NCBI GenBank assembly: GCA_965112735.1
Contig: OZ218955.1
Location: 496,001 to 560,000, forward strand
DNA length: 64,000 nucleotides
Direction: 5' to 3'
Source: Phaeosaccion multiseriatum
Taxonomy: Eukaryota; Protista; Ochrophyta, other classes
Under the pieces are notes generated by a model. It searched no databases. It had not been told where the DNA came from and saw nothing but the letters and a program-made list of their open reading frames with translations. Made by a program: the position numbers and the translations under genes. Shown here piece by piece: positions 25,903 to 37,016 of this stretch (the first letter of the stretch is position 1; each line of letters opens with the position of its first letter).

Positions 25903-28900
25903 TAGACAGACAGACAGACAGACAGACACACAGACAGACACACAGACACACAGACAGATGGACAACAGAAGACCTGCACGACCGACCCTCTTGACTACTG
26001 TGCCGCTCCCTCAACCCTCAATCCTCAATCCCCCCTCCTTCCTCCCCCGCCCCCCCTCCCTCCCTCCCTCCCTCCCTCCCTCCCTCCCTCCCTCCCTCCC
26101 TCCCTCCCTCCCTCCCTCCCTCTCTCCCTCCCTATATGCCTCTACCACCTATATGCCCCGTGCCCTCCAAGGTCCGCCATGCCCGGCTTCATCGGCCAGC
26201 GGCTGTGCGAGCAGGCGGGGGCGAAGCTCGTGTTCGTCAAACCGGACTTTGCCAAGTACACTGTCGCCTCGCAGCTGAGTAGAGAGGTTTTTGCCCAGTA
26301 CGACCCTGGCTATCAGGTAGGCTAGGGGGGGGGGGAGGAGCAGAGAGAGGAGGAGGGGGGCTGACCTTTGGGCTGAAAGGGGGGACACGCGAGGCCGATG
26401 TTTAGGGCGCACGGTGGGTGGGTGGGGGAGGTCGTTAAAAGAGGGGGTGTTGAGGACTTCCGGTTGATTGGTTACGCCTGTCCGTCTCTCTCGCTCTCTC
26501 TCCTTAGTGCTTCTGCCTACGTGGTGTGTGTATGTTTGCTTAGAACTTCACACATTCTCCACGTATTGTTCTCTCTCTCTCCCTCTCTTCCTCTCTCTCT
26601 CTTTCGTTAGTGCATGAGCTTAGACGAGGCCATGCTCGACATCACAGACATAGCCAGGGAGAGGTGGAGTCAGCGCCTGAGTGGGAAAGAACAGAAGGAG
26701 TCCACCGCCGAGGCGAGCCCCATCACCACCAGCAGCAGCAGCTGCAGCAGTGGACCACAGGGAGTGACAGGAGCGGCTGGGGGGGGCTCTGCGGCACAGG
26801 AGGCTGCGGGGACGGTGGGAGGGGGGAGTGGAAAGCGGGCAGGAGGGGAAGGGGGGGGAGGAGGGGGAGAAGGATGCCGCAGCAGCTGGGGTGGTGGTGC
26901 TTCGAAGTCCAGTCACGGCGTCGGCAGCTCGGGTGGTGGTGGTCGGAGTGGTGATGGGTCAGCACGTAGCGTTCTCCCCAGCGTTGGGGGAGAGCCCGTC
27001 AAAGCCATCAGTGCCGCTGGGCCGACGCCCCTGGAGCTGTTTGCCATCGGGGAGGAGCTGGTGCATGAGATAAGGGCGAAGGTGCAGGAGAAGGTACACG
27101 TCACCTGCAGCGCCGGCATGTAAGTTGGGGAAGGGCAGTGGATGGGAAGTAGCAGTTGATGGAAGAAGGGGAGCGGCGCCGCCCCACTCAGGCCTCTATT
27201 CCGACCACGGGACAAGAGTTGAACAGCTCGTGTCAGAATCGGAATCGCTATGCTCTCCTTCCAGAGCGAGTGCTTGCTGGCTCTCTACACGCACCTCTGG
27301 TTCTTCGAGCGAGGAGTGAGGATTTGCGATTGCTGACTGGCCCTTTCGCTGTGCCCCTTTAGTTTCCCCATCCATTCCTCCATGCGGCCTCTTCCCACTC
27401 GCTCCTCGCCCTTCCGCTCTGTACTCTGTCTCTGTGCCTCTGCCGTGCCACGATCGACGTAAAGCATCTTCCCTTTGCCTACACCATGCGGGCTTGCCTG
27501 CCTGCCCATATGCCTCTCACACCCTCCTCTTTGTGTCCCTTCGCTGCTGACCTGTGGAACAAAAAGTGCGGCGAATTTCCAGCTGGCCAAAATCGCTTCA
27601 AACCTCAACAAGCCCAACGGTAAGAAGGGAGCGCAAAGTGCACGCTGCGTGCTGACTCATCTCTCTCAGTGAGTGCTGGTCTCTCTCAGTGAGTGCTGGT
27701 CTCTCTCAGTGAGTGCTGGTCTCTCTCAGTGAGTGCTGGTCTCTCTCAGTGAGTGCTGGTCTCTCTCAGTGAGTGCTGGTCTCTCTCAGTGAGTGCTGGT
27801 CTCTCTCAGTGAGTGCTGGTCTCTCTCAGTGAGTGCTGGTCTCTCTCAGTGAGTGCTGGTCTCTCTCAGTGAGTGCTGGTCTCTCTCAGTGAGTGTGCGG
27901 CTTGCTTGCTACCTTATGCAGTGCGCTCCACTGCTTCCTACTTCCTTATAGAGTGAACTCATCGCTCTACCCCGCCCCCCGCCCCCCTGCGCGAATGAAT
28001 GCCCTCGTTCCTGCCTCTTTCTGCCCCTCCCTTCCCCCTCCAGGCCAGTACGCTCTCCCTCCCACCAGAGAGGATATTGTTGCCTTCATGGCCAAGCTCG
28101 ATGTCCGCAAGATACCGGGCATAGGTGCGTTTGTGCCGTTTCAGTTTCAGTCGCAGTTATTAGACCCTCCCCATACCACCATACCAGGCAGCCAGTAATA
28201 ATCCGCGAGCGGATGGGGCTGGCCCGCCCTGCGTACGATGTATCTTCCCTGTCTGTGTTGCTCGTGTGTACAGTTGTAGCGTTGTGCGGGAGGAAGGATG
28301 CCCTTGTCCCCCCTCTTGAGGCACACGCGTGTTTAGACACCCACACAGTACACAAGGAGAGATGGGTGGGAAGGGTGATATGGATCCGTGGATCAGACGC
28401 AGTTCCACCCGAGGCCAGTCTAGGCTCTATATACGCGAGGCTGAAAGCAGTACTCGCACTGTCCCCCCTCCCTCCCTCCGTCCCCCCCTCCCTCCCTCCC
28501 TCCTCCCTCCCTCTCTCCCTCCCTCCCTCCCTCCCTCCCTTCCTCCCTCCCTCCCTCCCTCCCTTCCTCCCTTCCTCCCTCCCTCCCGTCGTCCCTCCCT
28601 CCTTTCTTCGCGTTCCCTTGTGCTGCACGCCCCAGGCAAAGTGACGGAGCGGAAACTGAAGGCGTGCGGCCTCGACACGTGCAATGACGTTTGCGATAAG
28701 CGGGCCCTTGTCTACGGTGTCTTTTCGGAGTCTTTCGCCGACTTTCTGCTCAGTCGCTCCCTGGGGATTGCTCGAGCTGGTACGTCGGCCCATACGCTGG
28801 GCTGTTTGGTCTTACTGTTTGGGTCTCTCGGTAGGCAGACTTGGGAAGGCCGGACTCCGCCCCGCTGCAGGGCCTTTGACCGCGAGCTGGAGGGGTCGAG

Positions 28901-31082
28901 AAAGGGCTTGTGCTCACCCCAGATGGGGGCTTGTCTCCTTTGCTCATGTCCTTTGCTGCCCCCCCTTCCCCCCTCCGCTCCTTCTCCCCCCCCCCCCCCT
29001 ACGAGCAGGGCACACGGGCGAGTCTTCTCGAGTGCCCGAGGGGGGCACGCTCCGTAAGAGCATCAGTGTGGAACGCACTTTCTCCGAGCTGAGTGCCCCG
29101 CAGACCCTGCTGGACAAGCTCGATGACGTTGCAGAGGAGCTGGCCCGCAGGTAGGGGCGTATGGGTAGTAGGGTGCGGTGGGGAGCGAGCAGAGGAGAGG
29201 CCGATGGGGAAGAGCAGTGTAGGGGGCGGTAAAATGGAGGCATATGGAGTAGAGGTATGCAGGGTAGAACGGCGCACAGCAGGACGGAGCAGCACCGAGG
29301 GAATGGCGCTGAGTTGTTGCTGACGTATCTAGGGCGCTTGCTTGGCACCACCCCTCCCTCTCCCTCCCTCCCTCCCTCCCTCCCTCCCTCCCTCCCTCCC
29401 TCCCTCCCTCCCTCCCTTCCTCCCGTCTGTTGCACGCATGATGCACCAAAGGATGACGAAGCACGAGCTGAGAGGGGGGAATGTGGCTCTTGTGTATAAG
29501 ACAGTGCATTACCAGCGCCACACCAGGCAGTGCGGAGTGCGAAGTCCCCAGGACGGTGTGCAGAGTAAGGAGGAGATTCTCCGAGTGGCGGTGCCGCTGC
29601 TAAAGGCCGCGTTGCCTCTGCGGCTGCGACTCATGGGCGTGAAAGTCAGTCAGCTCAAGAACACAGTCAAGGTGCGCTACACCGGGGCTTAACGTACCCA
29701 CCTACTCGTCTACCCAGTCAGGACCATCAACACTCATGATCTTACTGTCGTATATGTATCACCCGTGGACCCGTGGAGGAGGAGGCTGTCCACTGACTTT
29801 TATCGGCTGGACCTGCTTGCGCCTCTGGAAGCCTGCCTGCCGGCCTCTTTGTTTCCCCCATACGCATTAGATTAAAACCTGACCCCTTGCATGGAAGCGC
29901 TCGAAGCTTCCTCTCCTCGTGCCCGTCCTTACACTAGCCCTGCTTTCTCTATTTCTCTCTCGTGCTCTTTCTCGTGTTCTTTGCGGTCAGTTTGTGCCAC
30001 CTCCGGGCCAGCAGATGATGGACGCCTTTTGTCAGAAGAAGCAACCTTCTGCGGTCGTGACCGTGTCAGCGTCATCATCCTCGTCAGCAACAAGGGCTGG
30101 CGATGGAGCAACAAGGGCTGGTGATGGAAAGACGCGCGGAGGGGGTAAGAAACGGAAGCGACCTGGGGCATGGGCAATTCTGACTCCTGCGGCGGCGGCG
30201 GCGGCGGCGAAGGAGGGGCTGGTGGCCGACGTTGGAGAGGGGGAGGGTGGGGAGGGGGAGCAGAAGCGGCGAGTGGCAGAGGGTGTGGACAACAACACAG
30301 TTATTGAGGTTTTGGACGACGACGACGAAGTAGAAGAAGGACAAAAAGACGAAGAAGAGATAGACGACGGCGGTGGCGATACTGAAATCGAATTCGTGAA
30401 GGAGGAGGAGGAGGAGGAGGAGGAGGAGGAGGAGGAGGAAGAGGAGGAAGGGGATGACGAAGGGGACGAGGATGATAGATATTTCGATTATAGCTCGGTG
30501 AAGGAGGAGGCGGAGGAGGAGTGCGATGGCTTAGACCAGGGGCGCGAGGAATGGATAGAAGGGGAAGCTCCAGCGACGGCAGCTGTGGGCTCTGGTGAAG
30601 CGGGGTGCGTTGGCGGTGGAGCAGGAGAGAAGGGAGGCGCGCCTGAGCGTCGGGCGGGGGCATTGGCAGGGGAGGCGTTGACGGTGCAAGGCTCAGAGTC
30701 GTCGCTGTCTGGGTCTGACGAGGGGGGAGGGGGGCAGCGGATGGAGGGAGGATCAGCAGCATCGCCCCCATCGAGGAGCCGAGGCGGGAGGCCGAGCGGA
30801 GGCAATGCAACTGTAGTGACAACTGTAGCGGAGGTGGTTCGTTGCCCGATTTGCCACACCACTCTGCCGGCGGGTATGTCTCAGGTGGAGCTCAATGGGC
30901 ACATTGATGAGTGTCTGAACCGCCCTCTGCTGGCCTCGCACGAGAATCAGCAGCGGCAGCAGCAGCGGCAGCAGCAGCAGCAGCAGCAGCACCGGCAACA
31001 CCAGCCACACAAGAAGGGGAAGGGGAAGCAGGCCGCTGGCACGAAGAGACCTCTAGCCGACATTCGAAGCTTTGTTGGCTAA
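24722..31082 (+). CDS. POLK: DNA polymerase kappa (Y-family, DinB-type), ~13 exons
   Basis: N-clasp [15 protein letters not shown]-like segment; [17 protein letters not shown]; [18 protein letters not shown]; SLDEAMLD; [24 protein letters not shown]; RKIPGIGKVT; [10 protein letters not shown]; LRLMGV; UBZ finger CPIC..NGHIDEC; C-terminal PIP-like IRSF. Confidence 0.97.
27661..27894. repeat. Perfect 20-bp minisatellite (CTCTCTCAGTGAGTGCTGGT) x~11.7 in a POLK intron
   Basis: Identical head-to-tail units with no spacers. Confidence 0.97.
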
Positions 31083-31493
31083 TTCTTACGGTACTCTTCT
31101 CGTAAGGAAGTCAGTTTTCCACAGTGGGGGGAGTCAAAACCATATCCCTTTGTGGGGGGAGGGCTCTGTTTCATTCGACTTGGGGCTTTCCACTTCTGAG
31201 GGCAACTCTGAGTGAACACAGTACTACCCGATCACTACCCTCCCTTGGAATCTCTGCGTAGTGCCGCCCCGGAGCTCCGTCCCTGCAGCTGGGTATTTCT
31301 GAAACGAGCAGAGAGGAGGATGAGGGGGGGGGGAGGATGGGAGGGAGGGGGAAAAAAAGAAAATTGAAACTCACAAAACATAACACACTTAAACTTCAAT
31401 TCTCATCCGTTGCGAAGTGAATCAAACCACTTGTTGCTTGGTCGAAGAAAATTGCAGCCCTCTCCTTCTGGAGGACAGGGATCTTTGCCATTC

Positions 31494-32549
31494 ATGCGGT
31501 TGATGTTATGCTGCTCTTGGAAAGTAGACGATGCCACCCCCCCGCAACAGCAGCGTAGGAGAGAGGAGAACTCCACAGCAGAGCAGGGGGGTTTAAGTTG
31601 TGCGCTGCCCCCGGAAAGTAATGACCTCCCTGTGGCTTCTGCTGCTGGATGCAGCGCCGGGGCAGCGGCCTTGAGGGTTGTGGCCAACAATCTCACAGAC
31701 AAGACTCTGTGGGGCCTGTGCAAGGAGGTGGATGTGGAAACGTGCCGTCGTCTCATCTTCACCCACGGCACACCTGAAGATATCCTACAGCGTATGCTTG
31801 ACATGCTGGAGCAGCAGAAGGCGCAAGAGGAGGCGATGCATGCTTTGTTGGCTTCTTATTCTTCTTCGCCTGGCTTGTGGAGGTCGGGAACGACTCGGGA
31901 ACAATGCTCGCAGCAGGGAAAGAGAAGCTTCCGCGTTGCAGGGGTGCACCTCGGCCGCTTGCAACGCTTCGCGCCAGAACATAACGGCGTGGCACGACCG
32001 GGTGGTGATGAGGCCCTCACGAGGAAGGTCTTTGCGGTGTTGCCCAAGTCGGTGAAGAAGGTCCGCTTTGGTGATATCTTTTTTCGGCCTTGGGGCCTCC
32101 TGCCTCCTGGGATTGAGGAGCTGGAAATATGCGGGTTCCCCTGGGTACTGTTCCACAAACTTCTTTTCCTGCCTGCTTCCCTGCGGGTTCTGAAGCTGCC
32201 ACAGACTATTGACTGTGTGGAGAATCTACCTGCTGGCCTGAGGGAGCTCACCCTTGGGGAGGGCTGCCCGCTCCCTGCAGACGTACCCGAGGGGCTGGAG
32301 GTGACCTACGTAAAAATACCCTGGAGCCCCCCCAAGAAGTATAGACCTCTTGATGCTGATTCCGACGACGACGACGAGGAGGAGGAGAAGGAGGAGGAGG
32401 CGGAGGAGGAGGAGGAGGAGGAGGAGGAGGAGGAGGAGGAGGAGGAGGAAGAATGTGTTGTGTACCGTACTTCCCCGATCCGCCATCTGGTCCGCCAGGT
32501 AGCCCGTGCTTTCAACGCCGCCCGTGGTACAGGAGGGCACATAGACTAA
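31494..32549 (+). CDS. Intronless FNIP/IP22-like leucine-rich-repeat protein, copy 1; start uncertain
   Basis: LPKSVKKVRFGDIFFRP, LPPGIEELEI, LPASLRVLKL, LPAGLRELTLG resemble the FNIP consensus LPxSLxxLxFGxxFNxP; acidic tail. Confidence 0.65.
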   Translation: MRLMLCCSWKVDDATPPQQQRRREENSTAEQGGLSCALPPESNDLPVASAAGCSAGAAALRVVANNLTDKTLWGLCKEVDVETCRRLIFTHGTPEDILQRMLDMLEQQKAQEEAMHALLASYSSSPGLWRSGTTREQCSQQGKRSFRVAGVHLGRLQRFAPEHNGVARPGGDEALTRKVFAVLPKSVKKVRFGDIFFRPWGLLPPGIEELEICGFPWVLFHKLLFLPASLRVLKLPQTIDCVENLPAGLRELTLGEGCPLPADVPEGLEVTYVKIPWSPPKKYRPLDADSDDDDEEEEKEEEAEEEEEEEEEEEEEEEEECVVYRTSPIRHLVRQVARAFNAARGTGGHID

Positions 32550-33081
32550 AGAACGTAGCGAGATAACGCAATAACAGACGAGGCGAGCTGCCAGGCTGGT
32601 CTTTGGATCACAACTCCTCTGTATTGTCTAGTTCTTTTCCTTACGAGGGATGGGGGCTCAACTTGACCGTGATCGAGTGCCTCTTCGACGATTTCGACTC
32701 AACGACCCCCCCTTCACTCGTGCACTATCATAGTAGCCTCCTGGTTGAGAGAGCAAATAGCCCGGCTCAAGTCGCTCTACCCAAAAGCTGAACGTGGGCC
32801 CATCTCCAGAGTCCGCGCAGTGCTGCATCCCTCCTCGCCCCGTCAGCGTCGAGACAGGCAATTCCCTCGATAGCCTGCTCTCTTCGAGCTTGAGTCATGC
32901 CGCTGGCCCTCCCACTGGCTTGCCACGAGTCCGCACACACAGACACACCAATACACACATACACACAAACACACACGCACACACGCACACACATGCACAC
33001 AAATGCACCTCGCCGCGTCGACGTAGCTGATGGATGTGAGGATGCGTCCGGAGAGGCAGGCGATGGCTTTTGAGCAGCTCC

Positions 33082-34167
33082 TCATCTGCGCAAGCAGCAA
33101 CAGAGCCTCGAGCAAAGTTTGGGAGGATGCGCGACGGAGCCTTCCTGACTCTCGGCGGGGCCTGTATGACGCTCGACGGGGCCTGCCTGACCCTCGATGC
33201 GGCTTGCCTGACCCTCGATGGGACGTCCCTGACCCTCGGCGGGGCTTGCCTGACCCTCGACGGGGCTTGCCTGACCCTCGACGGGGCTTGCCTGACCCTC
33301 GACGGGGCTTGCCTGACCCTCGATTCGACGCCTAATCTCGGGATGCAGCCGGTCACGCTGTGCCAGCTTTGACGTATCCAGCGAGGCGTGGGCATCGATG
33401 AGCAGATCTGCAGCGCCGAAGTGCTTTCCGCGAAGGGCCTGCAGTAGAGCGGTGGTTCCCGACGTCGTCTCGGCGTCAACATTGGATCCCGCATCGATGA
33501 GACGACCAACCACGTCGGCATGACCTCCCTGCGCAGCCAGAAGCAGAGGCGTTGATCCATCCGAGGAGGTTGCCTCCACGAGGTGCATTGAATAACCTGT
33601 GCTAGTCGTCTCCACCATAGCTATCGCACCGAGTAGGCACTCCACCACCTCGGCGTGGCCTTCCCGAGCAGCGTGGTGAAGCGCAGTGAGGCCCCTGCCA
33701 TCAGACCCCCGTACAAGAGCAGTGACATAGTTGACATCTTCCTCGCCCTGCATGTAGAGAAGTCGGCGCACCACGGTGGCATGCCCTGCAGTCGAAGCCA
33801 AACGGAGCTGTGCGCTCCTTTCCACAAGGGAGATGTTGGCATCTGCTTCGGCGGCCAGAAGCCGCGCCACGACCGCCTCCTGGCCATTCCGGATGGCCAT
33901 TGTCAGTGGTGTGTCCTTGTCAAGCCACTCTCTAGACACAACATTAGCCCCACGATCCAACAGATACTCCACCACGTCCAGCCGACCGTAGTATGCAGCC
34001 CAACACAAGGCCGTACAGCCGTGCGCTTCGATAGGCCAGTTTACGTCGGATTCGGGGTGAGCGGATAAGAGCTTTGCCAAGCTCGAATGGACTTCCTCCA
34101 AGCTGGAGCCTTCGCTAATGGTCTGACGGAGTTGGCCGGCCTGCGGGGAGATCGAAAGTAGAGTCAA
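33082..34167 (-). CDS. Ankyrin-repeat protein (intact main exon) with C-terminal 7-aa repeats (VEGQASP) and a CCC tail; upstream exon unresolved
   Basis: GCTALCWAAYYGR, DTPLTMAIRNGQ, GLTALHHAAREGH, GSTPLLLAAQGGH, GTTALLQALRGKH; probable intron with acceptor at 34141-34143. Confidence 0.8.
   Translation of the reverse strand: MTLLSISPQAGQLRQTISEGSSLEEVHSSLAKLLSAHPESDVNWPIEAHGCTALCWAAYYGRLDVVEYLLDRGANVVSREWLDKDTPLTMAIRNGQEAVVARLLAAEADANISLVERSAQLRLASTAGHATVVRRLLYMQGEEDVNYVTALVRGSDGRGLTALHHAAREGHAEVVECLLGAIAMVETTSTGYSMHLVEATSSDGSTPLLLAAQGGHADVVGRLIDAGSNVDAETTSGTTALLQALRGKHFGAADLLIDAHASLDTSKLAQRDRLHPEIRRRIEGQASPVEGQASPVEGQASPVEGQASPAEGQGRPIEGQASRIEGQAGPVERHTGPAESQEGSVAHPPKLCSRLCCCLRR
33165..33322. 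repeat. 21-bp coding tandem repeat (CGACGGGGCTTGCCTGACCCT); two fewer units in the paralog near 38617-38711
   Basis: Direct comparison of the two copies. Confidence 0.9.
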
Positions 34168-34923
34168 AGAGACAAAACGACGTTGTTATTGGAAGGGGGG
34201 AAGACAGGCAAGCTAGCAGCAATTCCTCGACAGAGAACATTGGGCTACATGCCGTTGCCTGCTCGTGTTTCCGTCCTCGCATGAACTCTCTCTTTCCCCT
34301 TACTGCTATTGGTACCTCACTGCGGGGCGTAATTACCTGCGATGATTGTATAAACTGCCTCTTCCGCTGTTCCTCCAAGCTTCCCCGTGCCCCCTTCCTG
34401 AGAGCATCATGGCCATAACGTCCTCCCCAGACCCTTGGTATCGGGGGGGGGTAGCGCCGCCTGTCTTCATGTTGTGGGCGAGCCGTAGGGAGGCCTTTGC
34501 CGCCTTGCTTCGATCCTCACCCACCCTAGGTCTTCCGACGGATGGGCCCTCGCGCAGGTCGCCTCCCCCCGCAGTCAGTAGCGCCGCCCGCTCCACCTTG
34601 CTTTGATCCCACACCACCCTAGGCCTCCGCCTGAGAGAGAATGGGCCCTCAGCTCCCCTTCTCTAAGTTGTAGTCCTCCAGTCCTCCAGATATCCCCGTA
34701 AATAGAGCCACCCGCTCCGCCTTGCTTCGATCCCACACCACCTTAGGCCTTCCGTCTGCGCGAGGATCAGCTCCTCTTATCTCAGCTGTAGTCCTCCGGT
34801 CCTTAAGCTGTCTCCGCAGCCAGCCTCTGACGTGGCTCCAAGACGCCCCAGGGGGTGCCGGCTTTTAACATGCCAAATCTGGGCTGTGTTCTTCGTGGGG
34901 GAAAACGGGGGGGGGGAGTCGGG

Positions 34924-35870
34924 ATGAAGAGGACCAACCCCTACAGCAGTAGCAGCAGCTTCAGCACGGATGGCCTCGATGATCCTAGCTCAGTCGCGCA
35001 GCATCAGCAAGCCGAGCAAACGTGCTACGAGCAATATGGTGAAAACGACTCGAGGCAGGGGAGCCGTTTGGTACGTGGGAACACCAAAGCGTACGATGTG
35101 GACGAGAGAGGAGGAGAGCTGCGGCGGGACCTAGAGCATGGCTGGGATAAGGGGGGACGCCGCGAAGATGGAGCCACGGGGTGGCAGGGGCGAGGTGGAG
35201 AGCCTCTCGAGGAGGCGGGAACTGGCCAAGGCAGGAGGAAGAGGGGGCCGGGGGTTCTGGGGGTAAGGCCGCGAGGAGGAGGAGGCGGCGAAGTAGGGGA
35301 CAGAGCGGACTAAGATGAGCAAGAGCGAGCGCGACGAGTATGAACAAGGCCGGCTCGGTGGAGGTCGGAGAGCGGCGGCGCATCGTCATCGCTCCGAGTG
35401 GACGCAACAGAGCGCCGCAACGGGTGGAGCACACTCCCGTACCCATGCCCTCGTGCCTCCGCGTAGTGGAGCTGGTCAGGGCTGGGGGCCCAACGACGGC
35501 TATGACTCGGGCCCGCGGTCGCAGCGGGAAGCTCCGTTGAGTCAGCATGATGATGTCCGCGTGGAGGGAGACGAAGACGATGGGGCAGTTATGGCGCTCT
35601 GCTTACAGAAGGTGTGCAGCGGGAAATGGCGGCGATAGACTTATCTACCCCTCCGTCACCCCCTTTTCCCTCACTGATCCAGTTTCTCTCTGTCACTGCG
35701 GCCCTACGACACGAGCTGCGGGGTACTAACGCATTCCATCCACACTGTGCCCTGTGTGCTCTGGTAACACGCACGCGGCTATGCTGTTGAGCAGGACCGC
35801 CTCGGACTGGCAATCTACTGGCCACTGGAGAACATGATCCAAGTGGAGGAGGTGCCCGCTTTCCAAGCAG
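34924..35870 (+). pseudogene. Truncated duplicate of MSH5 exons 1-2
   Basis: Matches 40566-41525 but has CAA>TAA at 35311-35313 and a 4-nt frameshift just after; ends at the duplication boundary. Confidence 0.85.
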
Positions 35871-35898
35871 GTTGTGCGGTGGACATGCCTCTCTCATA

Positions 35899-36326
35899 CT
35901 GCGGGTGGAAGAGGAGGAGCCGTGTGTCTACGTGTAAGAAGGCATTCTTTTGCTAGGCTGACAGCTATATAGCTGTCAGCCTAGCAAAAGGTATAGCTGT
36001 CAGCCTAGCAAAAGGATGCCTTCTTACATTCCTGTCAGTCAAGGTCGATCCTTCCCCCATTCCGACGGGCGAAGCTGGATGGCTGTGAAACTGAAATTTC
36101 AAGGTAAACGGGCTCGGTGTGGGAGAAATCCTAGGTAGTTACCCCCCCAAGGTTGCGGAAGGGGGGGAGGATCGACCTCAACTGAAGGAATGTAAGAAGG
36201 CATCCTTTTGCTAGGCTGACAGCTACCCCTGTGAAATTTCAGTGGATAGCTGTCAGCCTAGCAAAAGGATGCCTTCTCACATACGGGATGGTGTTCCAAA
36301 CGCCCGCAGCTTGCGGGGACGCACAG
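35899..36326 (+). pseudogene. Fragment of an MRH-domain (PRKCSH/OS-9/GNPTG-like) gene interrupted by a MITE
   Basis: Removing 35933-36281 plus one TACG restores LRVEEEEPCVYGMVFQTPAACGDAQ|GT, matching the recalled MRH C-terminal V.E...C.Y...F.TP.AC pattern. Confidence 0.65.
35933..36281. mobile_element. 349-bp non-autonomous TIR element (TGT...ACA termini, 4-bp TSD TACG; Ginger-like signature) built from nested palindromes
   Basis: 35-bp TIR TGTAAGAAGGCAT(T/C)CTTTTGCTAGGCTGACAGCTA; TACG at 35929-35932 and 36282-36285; excision restores the host reading frame. Confidence 0.85.
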
Positions 36327-37016
36327 GTAGGTGGGATGGGTATGGGTAGCTAGGTGGCTGGGCATCTGTGGGGTGGGTGCGGGTTAGTGGGGGGGTGGTG
36401 GACTGGGTGGGAGTGGGATGGGAAGGTGGGTAGGTGGGTAGGTGAGTGCGTATTGTGGGTGGGCAGATGATTGGGCATACTCCTCACGGCGTAGAGCCAA
36501 CTCTGGTCAACACGGAAACAGGGTCAACAGGCCAGTATGGAGAGTCATGCTGATCTGCTCTTCCGAGGCTCGATTGTGAACCGAAAATGCACATGGCCCT
36601 CTCTCACGCACCCGCACACCCACGCACCCCCGTACCCACGCACGCACACACACGCACACCTACTCCTCACAGGTGAGGGCGGCTGTAGCTACATGGGCTG
36701 GTGGAAGCAGGGCTGGACGTCGAAACTGTCACAGGGCAGCAGCCGCGGTAGTTGGTGATACAGCAGCCGGAGGGGGGTCACGGAGATGAGGCAGAGAGAA
36801 GCGCCACCGATGACAATGAGTTACAATGTACGGAGATTAGAAGTGGCGTGAATGAAATCTTAAACTCACAAAACAGAACACACTTAAACTTCAATTCTCA
36901 TCCGTTGCGAAGTGGATCCGAAGTGTTGAGGCTTCGTCAAAATCCCTCTCCTTCTGGAGGACAGGGATCTTTGCCATTCATGCGGTTGATGATATGCTGC
37001 CCTTTGAACGTAGACG

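Larger units (their letters stand above)
31367..35897 (+). repeat. Segmental duplication, copy 1 (FNIP-like gene, ankyrin gene, MSH5 5' fragment)
   Basis: Collinear and highly similar to 36862-41551 from AAACTCACAAAACA to CTCTCTCAT. Confidence 0.95.

Noticed and set aside
26660-27030. Gly/Ser-rich insertion in the POLK palm as an intein or retained intron
   Set aside because: No intein terminal residues; lies where Pol kappa proteins commonly carry a disordered insert; frame is open
27661-27894. Possible CRISPR array
   Set aside because: Units are head-to-tail with no unique spacers, no cas genes, and it lies in a eukaryotic intron
34333-34870. Thrice-repeated RP(K/R)V(V/G)(W/E)D(R/Q)SK peptide upstream of the ankyrin exon as a coding N-terminus
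   Set aside because: Frames are broken by stops in both duplicate copies and do not join the ankyrin exon in phase; left unresolved
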